Part shown: in pieces, positions 18,911 through 28,851 of the stretch
Numbering within the stretch: the first letter of the stretch is position 1
How the letters are laid out: every line of letters starts with the position of its first letter
NCBI GenBank assembly: GCA_039803925.1
Contig: JBDRZL010000003.1
Coordinates: 67,855 to 131,854 of the forward strand
Source of the DNA: a candidate division WOR-3 bacterium
GTDB lineage: Bacteria; Hydrothermota; Hydrothermia; Hydrothermales; JAJRUZ01
DNA length: 64,000 nt
Reading direction: 5' to 3'
Notes under the pieces: generated by a model
Seen by the model: only the letters and a program-made list of their open reading frames with translations
Database searches by the model: none
Told to the model about the DNA's origin: nothing
Program-made: the position numbers and the translations under genes

Positions 18911-19324
18911 ATTTTTACAATTGGACATTCAAACAGAAAGATAGATGAGTTTATTGACATACTTTTATTTTATAAGATTAAAAACCTCATTGATATTAGA
19001 AGATTTCCTTCATCTAAAAAATTTTTTTGGTTTAACAAAGAAAACCTTGAAAAAGAGCTTAAAAAACATAATATACTATATTTCTGGCTTGGTGAGGAGT
19101 TAGGTGGATTTAGAAGAAGAGGTTATGAAAATTATATGAATACTCAGAATTATAAGTTAGGAATTGAAAAACTTATTGATATATCAAGGGAAAGGTCATG
19201 TATTATGTGTGCTGAGAAATTATTTTTTAGATGTCACAGAAAATTTTTATCTAAGACCCTTAAAGAATTAAATTATAAAGTTATACATATAATGGATAAG
19301 AATAAATTTTTTGAATTCAAATGA
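18911..19324 (+). CDS. DUF488-family protein. No canonical start codon (possible ATT start or pseudogene).
   Basis: The frame reads IFTIGHSNRKIDEFIDIL...WLGEELGGFR..., the DUF488 signature. The frame opens only at 18887 (after a TGA) with no ATG/GTG/TTG before GHSN. The ORF track reports only the C-terminal 62 aa. Confidence 0.45.
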   Translation: MFTIGHSNRKIDEFIDILLFYKIKNLIDIRRFPSSKKFFWFNKENLEKELKKHNILYFWLGEELGGFRRRGYENYMNTQNYKLGIEKLIDISRERSCIMCAEKLFFRCHRKFLSKTLKELNYKVIHIMDKNKFFEFK

Positions 19325-20418
19325 AAATTTTTACAAATGGCGGGGAACTTATTGCCAAGGGAGCAATTGATGCAGGTGTAAGATTTTTTGCAGGTTACCC
19401 CATAACTCCTGCTTCTGTTATATATGAACCAATGATGAGAGATCTCCCAAAAGTGGAAGGTATAGCAGTTGGTGCCTCTGATGAAATTTCTGCAATATCT
19501 TATTGTATTGGTGCCTCTTTAAGAGGTATAAAATCAATGACTGCAACCTCAGGACCTGGATTTTCCCTTATGATAGAATCCCTTTCCTATGCTATTATGT
19601 CTGAAATTCCTATTACAATTGTTCTTGCCCAGAGACTCGGTCCTGCAACAGGTGGTGCTACAACTTCTTCACAGGGAGACCTTTTATTTTCAGCTTTTTC
19701 AAGTTCCGGTAGTTATCCATTGCCTATCATTTCTCCTTCAAGCATAGAAGAGTGTTATGAATTAATAATTCATTCTGTAAATGTTTCTGAATTTCTGAGA
19801 ACACCTGTTGTTTTTTTAACAGAAAAGGAAATAACGATGACAAAAAAGAGTATAGATTTAAACTCCTTAAAAAAACCAGAAGTTTTGGAACGTAAATATT
19901 TTTCCGGAAATGGACAATTTAAGACCTATAATTTTAAAGATTTAAAGGATGTTCCTGATTTTTCACCAGTTGGAGGTAAATTCCTTACCAGGTATACAGG
20001 TAGTGCCCATGATAAAAAAGGTGAGTTAAAAAAAGATGACCCCGAGGTAATTGAAGTTCTTTATCATCTTAAAGAAAAAATATTAAAAAATATTGATAAA
20101 TTTTTATTTTATGAATATTTTGAAAAAAAATCTGATATTTTAATTGTTTCTTATGGTGTAACATCTGAATCTGTAAGAGAGGTAGCAGAATCAAAAAAGG
20201 TAAGTTATTTAATTTTAAAAACTCTTTATCCCTTGAATGAAGAATTTTTAAAATCAATTTTTGGTAGATATAAGAAAATTCTTGTTGTAGAAGAGAATAT
20301 AATGGGTAACCTTTACATTTTGATAAGGCATCTTTTGGGGACAAAGGGTTATTCTTTAACAAAAATAGGTTCTTTAATATCACCAGGAGAAATAAAAAAT
20401 TTTCTTGAGTCAATATGA
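19321..20418 (+). CDS. 2-oxoacid:ferredoxin oxidoreductase alpha subunit (KorA/PorA-like).
   Basis: FAGYPITPAS and TATSGPGFSLM blocks of PFOR domain I, plus a C-terminal transketolase-like domain II. Confidence 0.8.
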   Translation: MKIFTNGGELIAKGAIDAGVRFFAGYPITPASVIYEPMMRDLPKVEGIAVGASDEISAISYCIGASLRGIKSMTATSGPGFSLMIESLSYAIMSEIPITIVLAQRLGPATGGATTSSQGDLLFSAFSSSGSYPLPIISPSSIEECYELIIHSVNVSEFLRTPVVFLTEKEITMTKKSIDLNSLKKPEVLERKYFSGNGQFKTYNFKDLKDVPDFSPVGGKFLTRYTGSAHDKKGELKKDDPEVIEVLYHLKEKILKNIDKFLFYEYFEKKSDILIVSYGVTSESVREVAESKKVSYLILKTLYPLNEEFLKSIFGRYKKILVVEENIMGNLYILIRHLLGTKGYSLTKIGSLISPGEIKNFLESI

Positions 20419-21716
20419 AAGATCTTTTTGAAATTATAGATAAACCGCAGAATTTTCCTTATTGCCCTGGTTGCGGGCATACTTCAATTGATATGGCTCT
20501 TGCAAGGGCAATTTTTGAACTCAATCTTGAAAAGGAAGATGTTTTAATTGTTTCAGATATAGGTTGTGTTGGCCTTGTTGATAAACTTTTTAATGTTCAT
20601 ACTTTACATACCTTGCATGGAAGATCAACAGCTGTTGCATCTGGTGTAAAGATGGTTGATGAAGTTCTTTTTGATAACAAATTAAAAACAATAGTTATGA
20701 TAGGTGATGGAGGAGCAACAATAGGACTTCTTCATCTTGTTGAATCTGCAAAGTTAAATGTTGATATTACAGTTCTTATTCATAACAATTTTCTTTATGG
20801 AATGACAGGTGGTCAGCATTCTGGTTTAACTCCAAAAGAGTTTAAGACCTCAACCACAAGGATAGGTAACCCTTTTGAAGCTTTAAGAATTATTGATATT
20901 CTGAAAAATTCAGGTGCTTCCTTTTATGCAAGAACCTTTTCTCAGGATCCTGATTTAAAAGATATAATAAAAGAAGCTTTATCCCACAGAGGTTTTTCTG
21001 TTATTGAAGTTCTTGAATTATGTACAGGTTATGCCACGAGATATAATGATTTAAAGGGAAGTGATTTAAAGATAATTCTTGAAAATTCAGGTGGAAAAAT
21101 TAAGGAAAAAATTGAAAGGGAAAGTTTTTGTTTTTTGTATAAAAATAAATTTTTTGATAAAAAGGGTGAATTTGAATTTACAGAGATTGAAGTGGAAAAG
21201 AAAATAGAGTTAAAAGATTCACTAAAAATAGTTATAGCAGGTTCAGCAGGTGAAGGGGTTCAGCTTGCTTCTTCTCTTTTATGCATTTCTGCAATTTTAG
21301 GAGGACTAAATTCCACTCAGAAAAATGATAATCCGGTTACAGTTGGAAGCGGTTTTTCTGTTTCAGAAATTATAATAAAGGACGGAGATATAAAATACAC
21401 TGGCATTGAAGAGCCTGATTATCTTATTATTACCAGTATAGATGGTTTAAAAAGGGCAAAAGGTTTTATAGAGAGGTCTAAAAATATAATTATAGATGAA
21501 TCTTTAACTGATAATAAAAATTTTATAAAAGTTCCAGCAAGGAAATATATAAAATTAAGAGGTGGACCCACTTACTTTTCTCTTGGTGTTCTTTTTGGAA
21601 AATTTAATCCTTTTGATTTTGAACTTTATGAGAAAGCTATTTTAAAATATGGAAAGGCTAAAGATGAGACCTTAACCTGTTTTAGAGAAGGATTAAATTT
21701 TGGAAGAAGATTATAG
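20415..21716 (+). CDS. 2-oxoacid:ferredoxin oxidoreductase beta subunit (TPP-binding) fused to a gamma-like domain.
   Basis: CPGCGH and GDGG (MIGDGGATIG) TPP motifs in the N-terminal 250 aa. The C-terminal 180 aa (IAGSAGEGVQLAS...) resemble PFOR domain III (gamma). Confidence 0.75.
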   Translation: MKDLFEIIDKPQNFPYCPGCGHTSIDMALARAIFELNLEKEDVLIVSDIGCVGLVDKLFNVHTLHTLHGRSTAVASGVKMVDEVLFDNKLKTIVMIGDGGATIGLLHLVESAKLNVDITVLIHNNFLYGMTGGQHSGLTPKEFKTSTTRIGNPFEALRIIDILKNSGASFYARTFSQDPDLKDIIKEALSHRGFSVIEVLELCTGYATRYNDLKGSDLKIILENSGGKIKEKIERESFCFLYKNKFFDKKGEFEFTEIEVEKKIELKDSLKIVIAGSAGEGVQLASSLLCISAILGGLNSTQKNDNPVTVGSGFSVSEIIIKDGDIKYTGIEEPDYLIITSIDGLKRAKGFIERSKNIIIDESLTDNKNFIKVPARKYIKLRGGPTYFSLGVLFGKFNPFDFELYEKAILKYGKAKDETLTCFREGLNFGRRL

Positions 21717-21747
21717 GGTTCTAATCCCATTAAAAAAGGGAGTTTTT

Positions 21748-24728
21748 ATGCTTAATTTACTATTAGTAATACTATCATTCTTCACTCCCTCATGGGAGAA
21801 AGTTCCCCCTGACCTTCAGGAAAAACTCAGAAGATCTTCAGAGGATGAAGTGCTGACTGTAATAGTTCTTATGAATCCTTTTCCTGATTATGAGTATTTG
21901 AAAACTATACCTGATATAAAGACAAGAGCAGATTATCTTAAACTTCTTGCATCTGAGTCTCAGAGAGAAATTCTTAACTTTCTATCGCAGAAATCAACTT
22001 CAGATGTAGTTTTATATGAGAGCTACTGGGTATATAATGGAATAAGACTTAAAGCAAAACCAGATGTTATAAAAGAAATCTTACAGAGGGATGATGTATT
22101 AAGAGTTGAACTTGAACCCGAGGTTTTTCTTATAAAACCTGAAAAAGTGGATAATACTCTTAATCCTGAACCTTTAGCTGCTCCTTGGAATATGCAGATG
22201 GTAGGAGCTGATTCAGCCTGGGCTAATGGTTTCAGGGGTGAAGGAGTTATAATAGGGAGTATGGATTCAGGTGTTGACAGAACTCATCCTGCCTTTTCTG
22301 GTGTTACCTTTAAAGGAAGAGATTTTACATCAGATGGAAATCCCTTTTCTGATGGTTGTCAGCATGGAACTCATACGACAGGGACAGCAATAGGAGGGAC
22401 AGGTAATTTTGGACCAAATGATATAGGTGTTGCGCCGAATGTTCCTACTTTTGTTATGGCAAAGATATTTGATAATAGTTGTTATGCCGGTAATATATCA
22501 GGTGGATTTCAATGGATTGCTTCTTTAAAGGCAGATTCAGGATTAAATATCAGGGCAGTTAATAATTCCTGGGGTTCCTGTACACAGACTTCACTTGCTT
22601 ACTGGTCAGCAATTCAGACATGGAGATCTCTTGAAATATTCCCAGTTTTTGCTATTGGAAATAATGCTAATTGTGGAACTTCCTGTACTTCCACAGGAAC
22701 AGCAGGAACACCTGGAAACTATCCAATTGTTATAGGTGTTGGCACAGTGGGTTCAGGAGCCTGTCATGATTGTGTTGGTCAGAGGGGACCTGCTCCTAAT
22801 CAATCCCCCTGGAATAATCCGGCAAACTGGTTTTATCCAACATGGAATTTGTTATAGGTGTTGGAACAGTGGGTTCAGGAGCCTGTCATGATTGTGTTGG
22901 TCAGAGGGGACCTGCTCCTAATCAATCCCCCTGGAATAATCCGGCAAACTGGTTTTATCCAACATGGAATTTATTAAAGCCTGATATAGCAGCACCTGGT
23001 TCAGGGGTTAGGTCATCTGTTCCTGGTGGTGGTTATGCTACATGGGATGGTTCATCAATGGCAACTCCTCATGTTACAGGAGCCCTTGCACTTATATTTC
23101 AGGCTAATCCTACACTTACTGTTGATAGTGCTTATTCTCTGCTTGTAAATACAACTTCAAAACCTAATAACTGTGGATACAGTTATCCAAATGATAGGGT
23201 TGGATGGGGTATTGTTAATGTATGGCATGCAATAAAGACACAACTTGGGCAGCCTGTTGTTACAATAGTTTCCTGGGATACCTCAGGAACTGGTTCTGTT
23301 TGGGATCCTGGTGAAACTGTTATTATTGATTTTGTTGCCAAGAATGTTGGTCAGGATACAGCTCTTACGCTCACAGGGAAATTAAGAACTACGAGTCCCT
23401 ATGTTACAGTTGTGGATTCTCTTGGTGCATGGCCTGATTTGGTTCCCAATCAGAGTGCTCCTAATACTGATAATTTTTCTGCCTATGCTGATCCTGGGGC
23501 ACCTATTGGAACGAATGTGAATTTTGTTCTTTATATTTATGGGTATGATGATAATGGTAATCCTAAAACCTGGACATACTACTTTTCACTTCAAATTGGC
23601 CAACTTGGTTCTACCACTTTTGATATTCCTGCAGGAAATGCTATTTTAACAGTTTCAAATAAAGGTGGGTTTCCTTCAGCAGATGAAGGGGGGAGTATAG
23701 GTCCAGGGACAGGTTTTAAGTGGCCAAAAACTGGTGCTAATCATCTTTATTATGGCTCTTTTGCAATTGGAAACAGTTCCACTTATGTTGTTGATGCTTT
23801 TTACAATGCAAGTGATGTATTTGATAGTGATTTTGCACCAAGGGATGGTTTGTGGTGGGTGAGTCCCTTTGTGGGAGATACTATGGCAAGGTCAGGTTAT
23901 GATGATTTAAGTCACGCAAGTCCTAAAAATATTTATGTAACACAATATGCTTTTGCTTTTTCTCAGACAGGTAATCCTGGGTGTGGTAATGGTGTTCTTG
24001 TTGAGCTTGATTTAATTAACAAGGGATCAAATCAGGTATCAGGGGTTTATGCTGGATTATTTATGGATTTTGATATAAATCCTTATAATCAAAATCAGGG
24101 AAATAAAGATTTAACAAGGAAACTTATTTATATGTATTATGGAAGCACTTATGTTGGTGTTTCACTTCTTGAATCTCAGGCTAATTTTATAGGTAAGTTT
24201 TTACATAATCCAACATATGTTTATCCTACTGGAAGACCGACAGAGACTGATAAGTATCAATTTCTTGCAGGACAGATTGGGAATGATCAGACTTCTGCTG
24301 CTGATGACTGGACAATTGTTGCTTCTTCAGGACCTTTTACACTTAATCCTAATGATACACAGAGGGTTGTTTTTGCCATAGTGGGAGGAAGCAGTCTAAC
24401 GAATTTACAGCAGAATGTTGATGCAATCATAAACTGTTATTCTACACTTGTAAAGGAAACAAAGGTTAATTTAAAAAAGGTTCTCTTTTTGAAGGCTGAA
24501 AGAAATCCTAAAGGTATAAATATAATTTACAGCTTACCATACAACTCAAAAATTACTCTTGATATTGTTGATGTGGCAGGAAGAATAATTAAAAATATTG
24601 AGAAGGGTGAAAGGAATACAGGTTTATACTTTGTAAATCTGAAGAAAGAAGAAGTTGGAAAGGGAGTTTTCTTCCTGAGATTGAAAACCGATAAGGAAAG
24701 TCGCGTTGTTAAATTCCTTAATTACTAA
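21748..24728 (+). pseudogene. S8 subtilisin-like serine protease with a T9SS-type C-terminal domain, disrupted by a 122-bp tandem duplication (reported as two ORFs).
   Basis: Asp (DSGVDRTHPAF), His (HGTHTTGTAIGG) and Asn (NNSWG) motifs are in ORF 21700..22857. Ser (GSSMATPHV) and the CTD are in ORF 22842..24728. The frames join if one copy of the repeat is removed. Likely true start is the ATG at 21748 after AAAAAAGGGAG. Confidence 0.8.
22729..22972 (+). repeat. Two-copy tandem direct repeat with a 122-bp unit (121/122 identical).
   Basis: Copy 1 at 22729-22850 and copy 2 at 22851-22972, read directly. The single C/A difference at unit position 15 is silent. 122 is not divisible by 3, so there is a frameshift and a TAG at 22855-57. 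Confidence 0.9.
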
Positions 24729-24754
24729 AATATAAGAAAAAGAAGTTAAAAGAG

Positions 24755-24779
24755 AGGGGGAGGAAATTACCCTCCCCCT
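24755..24779 (+). terminator. GC-rich stem-loop downstream of the protease gene (AGGGGGAGG-aaattac-CCTCCCCCT).
   Basis: 9-bp perfect stem with a 7-nt loop in AT-rich DNA. The downstream T-tract is weak. Confidence 0.45.
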
Positions 24780-24787
24780 TCATTAAA

Positions 24788-25867
24788 TTGAAGTTTCTTT
24801 TTATTTCTTATTATTTTCCACCAGAATCATTTGCTGCATCTATAAGAGCATATAACTATATTAAATATTTAAAAGATTTTACTGAACCTGTTGTTCTAAC
24901 AAAAAAATTGCCTTCAAAAATTTTAAAAGATAATTCTTTAATAGAGGATTTGATAAATGTAAAAATAGAGAGAGTTTTTGATTACTTAATTTTTTTAAAA
25001 ATGCCTTTAGGAATCAGAAATAAAGGTGGAAGGGAATTAAAAAGATATTTAAGACCATTTTATAAAAGAGCAAAAATGCTTTTAAAGGAAGAAAATTTTA
25101 AATTCATATTTGTTACAATTCCGCCCTTTGAACTTTTAAAAGTTGCTCTATCCCTAAAAAGAAGATTTAATTTACCCCTTATATGTGAGATAAGGGATCC
25201 TGCAGATTTTGAGAGCGGAAAGAAATTTAAAAAATTTATTAAAAATTCAGAAAATATAGTTGATTTATTTATAGGTTCCCATTTTTATGTTTTGAAAAGT
25301 TTTGGTATAAAGGGCTATGTTTTGCATGGAGGCATAATAGAGTTTGAAAGGAGAGCTCATGAGGGATTTAACATAATTTATACAGGAACCCTAAAAAATG
25401 CTATGGAAAGTTTTGTAAGATTTGTGAAGTTTACAGAATCTATTAATTACAATCTTTATCTTTTGGGTCCTGAGGTAAGATTAAAAGATAAAAGAATTAA
25501 AAACATTGGCTATGTGGAATATAAAAATTTAAAAAATTATTTTGAAATTGCAGATTTATTTATAATTTTTAGGGATAGTGATACTAAAAATTATATTCCT
25601 CTTAAATTTTTTGAATATTCTGGAAGTTCTGTTCCTGTTCTTGCTTATTTTAAAAATTTTTCAAATCTTTTTTCTTACCTTGAGAAATATAAAAAAGGTA
25701 AGGGTTTTGTTTGGGGAGAAGAAGATAAAATGCTAAAATTTATTGAAGATATAAAAAAAGGTAAGTTATTTTTTGAAAAAGCTTTTAAACCCTGGAAGGA
25801 TGTTTCTCTTGAGCTTTTAAAGGTAATAAATGAAAAAGTTCTTAACAGGAATAACCGTTTGTTTTAA
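24788..25867 (+). CDS. Glycosyltransferase (GT4-like).
   Basis: The N-terminus FISYYFPPESFAASIRAYNYIKYL resembles the GT4 N-domain. The C-terminal motif was not verified. Confidence 0.45.
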   Translation: MKFLFISYYFPPESFAASIRAYNYIKYLKDFTEPVVLTKKLPSKILKDNSLIEDLINVKIERVFDYLIFLKMPLGIRNKGGRELKRYLRPFYKRAKMLLKEENFKFIFVTIPPFELLKVALSLKRRFNLPLICEIRDPADFESGKKFKKFIKNSENIVDLFIGSHFYVLKSFGIKGYVLHGGIIEFERRAHEGFNIIYTGTLKNAMESFVRFVKFTESINYNLYLLGPEVRLKDKRIKNIGYVEYKNLKNYFEIADLFIIFRDSDTKNYIPLKFFEYSGSSVPVLAYFKNFSNLFSYLEKYKKGKGFVWGEEDKMLKFIEDIKKGKLFFEKAFKPWKDVSLELLKVINEKVLNRNNRLF

Positions 25868-26621
25868 TAGCAGTGAAGTTATAATTAATTTAATTAATTC
25901 CATAAGGAAAATTTTAAATAATGAAATCGAATGGATAATTGTTGATTCAGGTTCAAAGGATAAAACCCCATCAATTTTAAAAAAAATAAAAAATGTTAAA
26001 ATTTTCTTATTTAAAAAAAATATTGGCTTTTCAAAAGGTAATAATTTCGCTTTTAGATTGTCTTTAGGTGAATATGTTTTTTTCTGTAACCCTGACATTT
26101 CTTTTGATAAATCTAACTTTGAAAGAATTATCTATGAATTAAAAAAATATAAACCTCTGATTTTGGTTCCCCTTTTAAGAAAAGATGATAAATATTATTA
26201 TTTTTTAAGAGCCTTACCCTCTATAGAAAATATACTGAGATTCAGATGGCATAAAGGGATAATTAAAAAGGTTGAAAAAATTCAACCTGCTTTTTCTGCA
26301 ATTTTTTTAAAAAGAGAAGTTTTTGAAAAACTTTTTGGTTTTGATGAAAAATTTTTTGTTTATTTTACAGATGTTGAATTTTTTAAAAGATTTTATAATA
26401 AAGGATTTAAAGTTAAGGATATTTATTTTTCAAAAAATTACTTTTCCCACAAGGGTTCATCTATTCTTTTAAGTAGAAAAAATGAATTTTTGAAAAAATT
26501 TGATTTTGCGAGAGGTTTTTTAATTTATTTTTTAAAATATGGGAATTTAATTGAAAAAAATTTTTCTATTTTTTTATTTATTTTTTTGCTTTTAAGGGCT
26601 TTTTATTATTATTTTAAATGA
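25830..26621 (+). CDS. Glycosyltransferase family 2.
   Basis: ITVCFNSS...EWIIVDSGSKDKT (the DxD-preceding GT2 block) and the FFCNPDISF block. Confidence 0.6.
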   Translation: MKKFLTGITVCFNSSEVIINLINSIRKILNNEIEWIIVDSGSKDKTPSILKKIKNVKIFLFKKNIGFSKGNNFAFRLSLGEYVFFCNPDISFDKSNFERIIYELKKYKPLILVPLLRKDDKYYYFLRALPSIENILRFRWHKGIIKKVEKIQPAFSAIFLKREVFEKLFGFDEKFFVYFTDVEFFKRFYNKGFKVKDIYFSKNYFSHKGSSILLSRKNEFLKKFDFARGFLIYFLKYGNLIEKNFSIFLFIFLLLRAFYYYFK

Positions 26622-28842
26622 AGTTTTTTTCTTTTAGGAAATTAAGAATTTCTTCCTCATTCATTTTTACTGGAAAAGTTTTTAAATTAAACCTAATATA
26701 AAAAATAAGTGAATTTGTATTTTTAATTTTCTTATTAATTATCTTAAATTCATTTTCCGCTTTATCAAATTGTTTTGTATGATATAAATATAAAAAATAA
26801 GGTATTCTATAAGTTGTTTGTCTATAAATATTTTCTTTGCAAATTTCAATTGCCTTTTTGAAATATTCCTCTGTTTTCTCATATTCTTCTTTTTTAAAAT
26901 AAATTTTTGCAAGAAGCATATTTTTTTCACTTTCAAGAATTTTTCTTTCTGTCTGTAAGGATAGTGCAATCTCTAAGGCTTTTTCTGTATTGCAATTTAT
27001 AAGATTGTAAAAAGATTCAAAAAGATTCATATCAAAGATAATTTCAGGATCTTTATATTCCTCATAAATTTCTTTTAACTTTTCATTAATTGAGTAAGCT
27101 TCTTCAAAATTCTCCATAAAAACATAGTAATCTCTTAGAACAGTGTAATATGTATTTAAATAGTAATAACTTTTTGATTTTTCAATTGATTTTTTCATTT
27201 CATTTAATGTACTTAAAGCCTTTTCTATGTTTCCAGAATAAAAATAGCTTTGAGATAACCAGCCGAGGGTATAGGCAATTAGGTCTTCATCAGATGTGTG
27301 ACTTAAGGCTTCTTTATAATTTTTTTCAGCAAGTTCATATTCTCCTTTTCTTAGATAAATTGAGGCAAGGTTTGTAAGTAATAGGGAAAGTCCTCTTTTT
27401 GATATTTTAATATTTTTTGCTATTTTTAATGCTTCTTCATAAAATTTTTCTGCTTCTTCTAAATTTTCCTTCATTGAATTAATTGCTCCGAGTAGATTAT
27501 TTAAGCGATAAAGAATTCTTTTTTCGATTTTTTCTTTATAGAAAAGGCCATTATAGGCATTTTTTTCTGCTTCTTCATAATTACTTAAATAGTATAATCC
27601 GGCTCCTTTCAGATAGTAATAAACACCCAAGTATAAAGGTTCCAGTTTATTTATATCAATTTTTTCAATCTCCTTCAGAGTTTCTTCAAATTTATGTTCT
27701 AAGAGATAGATCTGTGCTCTGATTAATATTATAAGGAAGTTCTGACGGATTTCTTCTGGTAATTTATCGAGAATTGGTTCTATTTCAAGGACTCTATTTG
27801 TTTCGAGTATATCTAAGAATTTTTTATTTAAAATATCAAGAATTTTTGAATAAAATTTTAGTTTTTCAAGATAAAAGAGTGCCTGGAAAAAATCTTCCTT
27901 TTCAAGGTAATATTCAATGGCGTTGTCAAGTATCCATTTTTTTAGCAATAGTCCCTTTGGGCTTTTTTCAAGTTCCTTTTGAAGGTATTCTCTGAAAAGG
28001 GGATTTAAGTAATAGTAGTCACCAGCTTTTTCTACAAAAAGGAATTTTTTAGTTATTTCATCAATAAATTTTTCTGGTTCTTTCAATCCAAAAATTCTTT
28101 CAAGGTCTTCTTTTTTAAATCTTTCAAGACAGGAAATTCCCATAACTAAGCTTTTTTTATCTGGTTCAAGAGACATAAATTTTTCTTTTAAAATATTTTC
28201 AATATAATCTGATTCTATTTTTTCTGGTATTATATTTTTAGATAAATACTCTGATAAGAAGATTCTTGTAAAAAGTCCATGTCCGCCAGTTTTTGACAAA
28301 ATTTTCTCAATATCTTTTTTTTTGAAAGTTATATTATTCTTTATTAAAAAATCAATTACTTCTTCCTCGGTTAAAAGGAGATAGTTTCTATCAATCCTTT
28401 CTGTTTGGGTTTCAAGAGGTGTTTTTATTTCTTCTCTTGTTTCTATTAAAAAGCTTATTTCAGGGTTTGAATTTATACTTATATTCCATAATAAACTTTC
28501 AGTTTCAGACCCCTTTATTTCTTCAAATCTCTCAAATATAAAAAGTTTAATTTTTTTTTCTTCTCTGAAAAAATTAATAAGTGAATTTTTCATTCCCTCT
28601 AAGCTTTCCGCTTCACCTCTTATGAATTTTTCACTAAGTCTTCTAAGGAAATAAGCTGGTTTTTCGTCTTCCTTTGTTAAAACAAATCTTTCATAAGGAA
28701 TTTTTGTTTCTAAAGTAAATTTCTCTATTAATTCACTTTTTAAAAGCCCTGGTTCTCCGCAGATTATTATATATTTTTTCCCTATGCTACTCTTTAATTT
28801 ATTTAATGCTTTTAAGGGAATAAGATCTTTAATTACTTCCAC
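26614..28842 (-). CDS. STAND/MalT-like protein with a degenerate P-loop and C-terminal TPR repeats. No DNA-binding domain.
   Basis: N-terminus IIICGEPGLLKSE (GxPGxxKS where GxPGxGKT/S is expected), then a Walker-B-like LFIFERFEE, then about 450 aa of TPR-like repeats (YYxLGxxYxxxGxYEEAxxxY pattern). Confidence 0.55.
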   Translation of the reverse strand: MEVIKDLIPLKALNKLKSSIGKKYIIICGEPGLLKSELIEKFTLETKIPYERFVLTKEDEKPAYFLRRLSEKFIRGEAESLEGMKNSLINFFREEKKIKLFIFERFEEIKGSETESLLWNISINSNPEISFLIETREEIKTPLETQTERIDRNYLLLTEEEVIDFLIKNNITFKKKDIEKILSKTGGHGLFTRIFLSEYLSKNIIPEKIESDYIENILKEKFMSLEPDKKSLVMGISCLERFKKEDLERIFGLKEPEKFIDEITKKFLFVEKAGDYYYLNPLFREYLQKELEKSPKGLLLKKWILDNAIEYYLEKEDFFQALFYLEKLKFYSKILDILNKKFLDILETNRVLEIEPILDKLPEEIRQNFLIILIRAQIYLLEHKFEETLKEIEKIDINKLEPLYLGVYYYLKGAGLYYLSNYEEAEKNAYNGLFYKEKIEKRILYRLNNLLGAINSMKENLEEAEKFYEEALKIAKNIKISKRGLSLLLTNLASIYLRKGEYELAEKNYKEALSHTSDEDLIAYTLGWLSQSYFYSGNIEKALSTLNEMKKSIEKSKSYYYLNTYYTVLRDYYVFMENFEEAYSINEKLKEIYEEYKDPEIIFDMNLFESFYNLINCNTEKALEIALSLQTERKILESEKNMLLAKIYFKKEEYEKTEEYFKKAIEICKENIYRQTTYRIPYFLYLYHTKQFDKAENEFKIINKKIKNTNSLIFYIRFNLKTFPVKMNEEEILNFLKEKNFI

Positions 28843-28851
28843 CTATAAATT

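Noticed and set aside
18467-18928. A 153-aa minus-strand ORF across the regulator and PATAN genes. The same applies to the other ORF-track entries nested antisense inside well-supported genes: 4873..5148, 6880..7068, 8604..8846, 9890..10072, 10142..10495, 14713..14916, 20069..20413, 25817..26098, 26739..26969, 27150..27377, 27483..27722, 27774..27995, 31039..31221, 36345..36641, 36892..37074, 38575..38757, 40821..41012, 41837..42064, 48587..48858, 49660..49932, 51132..51317, 55338..55650, 59361..59564 and 63031..63522.
   Set aside because: All lie fully inside, antisense to or out of frame with, genes that have strong motif support. All have low-complexity composition and no RBS. They are treated as spurious.
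21700-21747. The upstream ATG start at 21700 for the first S8 protease, overlapping the oxidoreductase gene.
   Set aside because: The hydrophobic signal peptide begins at the Met at 21748, which has a good RBS. The longer start would put about 16 charged residues ahead of the signal peptide.
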